Part shown: positions 57,581-64,000 of the stretch, one piece after another | Layout: the number at the start of each line of letters is the position of its first letter | Numbering within the stretch: the first letter of the stretch is position 1 | Assembly (NCBI GenBank): GCA_012295275.1 | Contig: CM022671.1 | Coordinates: forward strand, 31,310,001 to 31,374,000 | Length of the DNA stretch: 64,000 nt | Source of the DNA: Chrysomallon squamiferum | Lineage: Eukaryota > Animalia > Mollusca | Direction of reading: 5' to 3' | Notes under the pieces: model-generated | The model's input: the letters and a program-made list of their open reading frames with translations, nothing else | Databases searched by the model: none | Told to the model about the DNA's origin: nothing | Made by a program: the position numbers and the translations under genes

Positions 57581-60039
57581 TTATTTAATCTTTTTTGATT
57601 GATCACTTTTATCTGAATCAGTTTTTTTTTCACTCTCTTCTTTAACATCCTCAATCTTTTTCAAGCCCTTTCCGAACAATTTGCCGTAAATATTTTCCTG
57701 GATAAACTTGAACTCCTCTTCCAGTTCTCCAGGGGTGTCAGGCATACTGGTGTAGTCAATTTCATAGTCCTCCACCATGATGTTTTCATCAACATCCATT
57801 AGCATTTCCTTAGGAGGAATTAGAGCAGCAGCCACATAGCGTCTCTCCGAGTTCAGAAAGTTAAATGTTGAACAAGCTTGATCCTTAGAAAAATAAAAAT
57901 ATTTAGTATTTATCACATTTCTGCGAGCTGCTACATTAGTCACAAATGCATATCTAGCTTTATCATTAGAATGCAAAAGTTTTAATAAATTAATAAACAT
58001 TTGCTTTTATAAATTATACAGACTGAACATGAATATGAACATGTCAATAAATCTGATATAATTGTTTTGGTTTCAAACACTTCCCAGACAAGAAACTGAA
58101 ATTTATTATTCATTCATTTATTATTTGTAGGCTTATATAATCAAATGAATGTTTCATAATGCCATCAGCACATTTTAAAATACATAGATATTATCAGGCA
58201 GGCATGAGACCTTTTTTTATAAACTTTCCCAAAGACATTAAACTGTGTACCATCATGCCCTTTATAAAGCTAGCCAAGGAGTACTGACTGTACCGGGAAA
58301 CAGCCTCCAAAAACCCTGGTGAGTACTGAGCGTTTGAATCATCTCAAGCAAGGCTGGTACTCATAACAAGTTAATTACAGCTCACAATATCTCATCAGAT
58401 AGATTAAATACATAAGTGATTTAGTACTCACAGTGGGCAAAATTTCTACATTGATTCTTTTACTTTTCAGATAGCGAATGATGCCAACATCATACTTGGA
58501 ATCATGGTCTCCAATTCCTAGTATCAGAATATCTGAAACAAGTTAAATATTCAGTATATTAATGTCTATTTTACTGATGAACTTCCTCAAGTTATTGTTT
58601 AAAGTGTAATATTGTTACTAACATAACATTTAAAGATAGTTCTCTACTTACAAACAGATTATATTTTGACCAGCTGGCTGTAGCTTGGAATAGACATAAC
58701 TAGGAATTTACTTGAGATTCTTTGGTTATTTATAAAATATTACCCAGTGCTTTCAGTTTCATTTGTACTACAGCACCACACTGCCAGACAGCTTATAATT
58801 ATATAGTAAAGAAATGAACTGTGATGTTTATTTACCATTTTTCTTTTCTAGCTGTAAATACTGACAGATGTAAGTGGCAAAGCCATAAGAAGGAGAAAAG
58901 CTGAAATTTATTTTCTGTTTGTGTTATGGTACCAAAATCAGTTTTTTTTTAAAACCTTCAGCAGTGATAATTAGTTACTTGTGATACAGTGGATTAACAA
59001 TGTACACTTTCCAGACATATAGAAATACAGTTGTTAATACGTCTACAAAATATAAATATACTAACCAATCTTTGGATCCAGAATACAAAATAGAGAAAGG
59101 GAATTTTCATTAATATCTTCTGAACTTCTCACCTGAAACAGATAATTATTATTCAATACATTTTGAAAATTAACATTTTAAAGTTTTAATAGTTAATATT
59201 TAAAATATCTTAATAGTTAACATTTAATTGATTTTATTATTAACACTGAAATATCTTCATAAGTAACCTTAAGTTATCTTTTTTTTTTTCTTTTTTTTGG
59301 GGGGAGGTGGTTATAACTTTATTGTAATTGTTGTTTTTGTTATTATTAATATTCTTATCATAGACTTCATTTCAGTAACAAAAATATTCATTACTCGTTA
59401 ACTAATAACAAAAAAATTCAGCCAATTAAAAATCTTGTAAACAGATATTTAAATACCTCACTAATTAACATTACAACTGTGGATTAAAGTTGCTTTTGTA
59501 GGTAACTAACATTCAAATGGTGTGTTTTAATAAATTTGATATTTTTACATTCAAACAGAGAACTGATTTTTTCCCCTGGAACTGAATTAATGTTAAAACA
59601 GACTTACATTCCAGTGGAGAACTGATCTAGGGAACACAGCACAAGGACCAACAATCCTGAAACCACTGCTCAGTTTGAATCCTTCTGGACTGTAAGCCTC
59701 TATGTAGATGTTAGAATCATCCTCCTGACTAAGCATGTGAATAGCCATTGGTCGGAACATGTTATCTCCTTCTGTGTTGTGGCTTCTGATTATATTTCTG
59801 TGAGTTGTGGAAGAAAATACATAAATTTCAAATACAGACAATTCATTGTTTATAATTTTATTCACTTCCATATTACACACACACACACAGAGACACACAT
59901 ATATACCTCTGGGCTAGTATATCTTAATGATAATTGCTATTTGCTGGATTTGCAAACAGAGAATCACTATTTGGCATTTTGATTATATTACTATCCAATA
60001 TTACTGAAAACAGTAGGCAAATGTGACCAATGTTTGGTA

Positions 60040-60124
<85 letters not shown>

Positions 60125-60653
60125 TTTTTTGATAATAATACAATATTTATGATTCTGGATATCATGTTTTTGTGTCTTGGATATCATAAAAAGTTGACAT
60201 TTAGATAATTCAAAGCTGTTTTTCTGTTCTTGAAATATCTTAATGTTAACACTGTTAGGGTTACAATTTTCAACATTATCAATTCACTGAAAACTTCACT
60301 CACAGGGCAGTTACTGACAACTTTTATGATTGCAGAAACTTCAAACTGTGTTCTTTATAGTTTATACCTGAATAAAAACATTAAATTTTTTAATTTTAAT
60401 CATTTACAAAAGTGCAATACTAAGCTGAATTGCAAAACCATGAAGGATATTAATTTTGTTACAATATTAAATATATATATAATATTTGACTTACTCATTC
60501 AGTTTCAGTCTTGGTAATTTTGTTTTATATTTTTTTATTCTTAATTTTTTTTAACATGATTATATCTTGAAATAATTCTTTTATTCTCATAACTTACTTC
60601 CATTGTGGCCGAAACTGACGTAACAAGACACTTGAAAGCTTACGTATAAGCAT
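57581..60653 (-). CDS. NDUFAF3: NADH dehydrogenase complex I assembly factor 3 (Mth938-like domain), 5 exons, 238 aa
   Basis: Exons 60653-60598 (MLIRKLSSVLLRQFRPQWK, presequence-like), 59797-59608 (IEAYSPEGF..GFRIVGPCAVFPRSVLHWN), 59132-59066 (VRSSEDINENSLSLFCILDPKI), 58532-58432 (DILILGIG...INVEILPT) and 57883-57581 (DQACSTFNFLNSERRYVAAALIPP). 717 nt, in frame. Confidence 0.93.
60039..60123. repeat. Compound (CAT)n(AAT)n microsatellite
   Basis: Direct reading. Similar compound (ACT)n(AAT)n at ~62985-63065 and (AAT)n at 63952-64000. Confidence 0.85.
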
Positions 60654-61109
60654 CGTGATAGTTTTTGTTGCTAATACTTTACTGTTTCAATAAAAGTTGC
60701 AGCAGACAGCGAAATGAAATTTAGAATTATCTCCCTTGCATTAATATCATACCACAGTTATTGTTTTGTTTTTTTCTAATTCATTTTTCTTTCCCCTTGT
60801 TCAGTTTTTTATTTTTTTTTTTTATTATTTTTTTTTTTAATTCATAATTATATTTATATAACAACATTATAAATTTATATGAAATATTTTTATTATTTAC
60901 TCTAATGTTAAATAAATCTGACAATAATACATTTTATTTCGCTTAATACACAGTTTGTCATTAGTGTATTCCTATAACTATTTGTATCTTCTTCTTTTTC
61001 TTCTTCCTCTTCGTCTTCTTATTATTATTAATAGCACTAGTTAGTATGTGTAATAAATGTTTTCAGAAAATTATAATTATATGCATATGTTAATAGTATT
61101 ATCATTATA

Positions 61110-61593
61110 CAATGCCTTGAACGATCGTCTTCCAGAGTATACCAAGGACGTGTACAGATCAGTAAACCCAAGAATAAGAACAACTATATTTGGCCAGAGA
61201 TGTTTCGGCTATATCGCACCGACTTTGCAGAACTCACTCCCAAGTAACACCAAGAAGGCTTGAAACAACAACCACATTCAAAACATGACTAAAGCCCCAT
61301 TTGTTTGAAATCCACTATAATATATAAGTTATGTTTTATTTTTCCAATTTTAAAATGTTCAAGTTTGTCTATTAATTATGTAATAGAATTTTCAAAAGTG
61401 ACTCATTTATTTTTACCGTCTTTTTAATACGATAGCCTTTACGTTTACATTTAATTTAATATGTTTATATCCATGTCTTTTTATATTTTATATTTTTATT
61501 TATTAGTTTATCATGTAAAGCACCCTTGAACTTAATTAGTATCGAAAAGGTTTTACATAAATATGGTAAAATAATAATAATAATAATAATAAT
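61110..61593 (+). mobile_element. 3' fragment of an L2/CR1-group LINE
   Basis: PRIRTTIFGQRCFGYIAPTLQNSLPSN plus ttcaaaacatgactaaagccccatttgttt resemble the ORF2 C-terminus (FG.R.F...AP.LWN.LP...FK..LK.HLF). Tail tgtaaagcac...gaaaagg..tacataaat plus (AAT)n is L2-like. Confidence 0.65.
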
Positions 61594-62047
61594 CATCGTC
61601 ATCATCATCATCATTTACATAATATTAAATCCAAAGCACAAAATAAATAATCACAGAAATATTTTGATGTTGTTATGTAAATTCCGCACATCTTTATTAC
61701 AGATTTATTTCGAAATATTTTTGTGCTTTGAACACAATGTTGCATTAATTAAAACGGGTCAAACATTTGTGATCAGTTTTGGAATACATTCTTTAGGTTG
61801 CACAAAATCCTGATTTCTATTTATTTATTTATTCATTTATTTATTTTATTTTATTTTATTTTATTTTATTTTATTTTATTTTTTTTTATTTTTTATTTTT
61901 TTTTTTTTTATTTTTTCAGATTGCAGAAGAAAATTAATGATAAAATTATCCCAAAGAAATTATATATATATATATATATACATTATTCATTATTTATCAA
62001 TGTATTCTATGTCGAATGAACTCATCCATGTTAGCTTTTGCCCTTCT

Positions 62048-62087
<40 letters not shown>

Positions 62088-62109
62088 TTTGTTTGTTTTG
62101 AGAAAACAG

Positions 62110-62260
62110 TGCCGATTGGTCAAGATGTATCCAATGAAATAGCGCGGTTTATTTTATTTTTATTATTGTTATTATTCTAGCCACTGATTCAGCAATGATT
62201 ATTCTCTGTAGAAGTTACGTCAGTATGACGTCATGCAAAATATTAGAAATGACGTAGATG
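62110..62260 (+). promoter_or_regulatory. CRE/CCAAT cluster, probable promoter
   Basis: ATTGG ~62115, CCAAT 62131, TGATTCA ~62185, TTACGTCA 62215, TGACGTCA 62226, TGACGTAG 62250. Confidence 0.5.
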
Positions 62261-62986
62261 AAAGAAGAATTATGGAGTACCTGCATAATAAGGATAATGT
62301 ATATGATTAGTTTGTTTTGGTATTTTTTGTTTACTTACTTACGTTTAAAAACAATTTGTTTTAGAGATCGAGGACGTAAATAAAAGAAATAGCTTTTGCA
62401 GAATAGAGATCTTCTAAATGTCAGTTAACCAAAAATATACGAAGAAAAATAATAAGGAAATTTGTAATAGCGATTTTGGTATTCTCTGTTATCGGTGCCT
62501 TCGGAGAGAATTTCAGAAGAAAAATTTTGGTTTACAACATGATGTTCCGGAACTGTTTGTACAATTACAGGTCAGTTACTGACTGTCAAGCAAAATAATT
62601 TTGTTTCTGATGTTGTTTCTACGAAATTTTCAACAAACTACTTCTGCTACAACTATTTACAGGGACATATCTCAGATATGGCCGATGTGGTACATGCTTT
62701 CTATTAAAATCATACAACCAACCCTCGGAAAGTTTTTTTTTATTATTTATTTATTTATTATTTATTTATTTATTTATTTTTATTTATTTATTTATTTATT
62801 TATTTTTTTTATTTATTTATTTATTTATTTATTTTTATTTTATTATTATTATTAATTTTTTTTTGATCGATATATGATCTAGTTTCTTATTATCACGGGT
62901 GCGAAGCACTATGTTGCTAGATTAGCTCGTTAAGCCGTTTATATTTTTTTAGCTGATATTATTATTATTGCTGCTGCTGCAACCAT

Positions 62987-63065
<79 letters not shown>

Positions 63066-63255
63066 TTAATTAATTAATATGACATGTCAAATGTATTATT
63101 GTTCCCGTCTTTGTCTTCATTTTGTTGGTGAAGTTTTCCTTCTTATTATCATTGGTATCCATATTATTATTATTATTATCATTTACATCGTCATTATTAT
63201 CATCATGATTATCATCATCATCATGATTATCGCTGTTGCTGTTGTCATCATCGTC

Positions 63256-63298
<43 letters not shown>

Positions 63299-63322
63299 CA
63301 GTTTGGTGGTGAAAACAAAGAC

Positions 63323-63530
63323 ATGTATTTCATAATTTGGAGTGGTATCAGTTCCTTCGTTTCATTAAGCTTGGTGTTTACTTCCATGCTACTCCACAGT
63401 TATTACGACAGGTCAAGGAAGATGATGATGTATCTCACGGTCTGGAGTCTTCTCTTGTTGCCATTGACCTGTCTCATCAACTTAGCTAATTCACTTTACG
63501 TCCGAAAACGACGAAGCGACATAATAAATG
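63323..63530 (+). CDS. Probable first coding exon of a secreted or membrane precursor (gene continues beyond the window)
   Basis: Acceptor ttccag| at 63301 and donor aatg|gtaagg at 63530. ORF (MYFIIW...)MLLHSYYDRSRKMMMYLTVWSLLLLPLTCLINLANSLYVRKRRSDIING has a hydrophobic signal-like stretch followed by RKRR. The start codon is ambiguous. Confidence 0.5.
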
Positions 63531-63950
63531 GTAAGGTGAATTACTGGTGAATAACAAGGGGAGTTATAAGGTGAATAATAGATGACTTATAGTTTAATAT
63601 CAACGAATTTAGTAGTAATAAAACTTCATATATTAGTCAGACTTAAAATAACGAATTCTGCATAACGAACTTCCAGCCTTGTTAGATGGTGATAAACGTA
63701 AATCTACTGGCATAAAATAATCATTAAAAAAGTTTCGCACAGAAACAAACATGATGAAAGCAGTGAAGGTTGCCAACGCGCATGCTTTCACCCTCACTTA
63801 AACTTGCACACAATTAAACATATACACGCACCATACACACAAAGACAAATACGGAGTAAAGTTGTGCTGTCATCAAAAATTGACAGAGATTTCAGAAATA
63901 TCAGGTGTACCGTCAGTTAGCAAATCTGAGATGGACGAAACAAACAAACA

Positions 63951-64000
<50 letters not shown>

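Overview
AT-rich metazoan genomic DNA with short GT-AG introns and many (AAT)n/(TA)n microsatellites. SINE remnants hint at a mollusc or gastropod, but that is inference. Contents in order: 5' coding exon of a FAM120A-like gene (-), head-to-head with a complete 21-exon copine (CPNE8-like, +). Next is an 8-exon tafazzin (+) whose promoter, exons 1-2 and part of an intronic decayed FLYWCH/MULE transposon occur twice as a ~3.87-kb tandem duplication (real or assembly artefact). Then a 413-aa orphan ORF (-) carrying cell-cycle motifs (DSGYFS degron, CDK sites, YDF/FGF). It shares a compact E2F/CCAAT bidirectional promoter with a ~2144-aa, 12-finger zinc-finger gene (+) whose last finger is ZFP91/ZNF653-like. 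The window ends with a 5-exon NDUFAF3 (-) and the start of a secreted precursor gene (+) behind a CRE cluster. MITE, SINE and LINE remnants and minisatellites are also present. All gene models were spliced by eye and no database searches were run.
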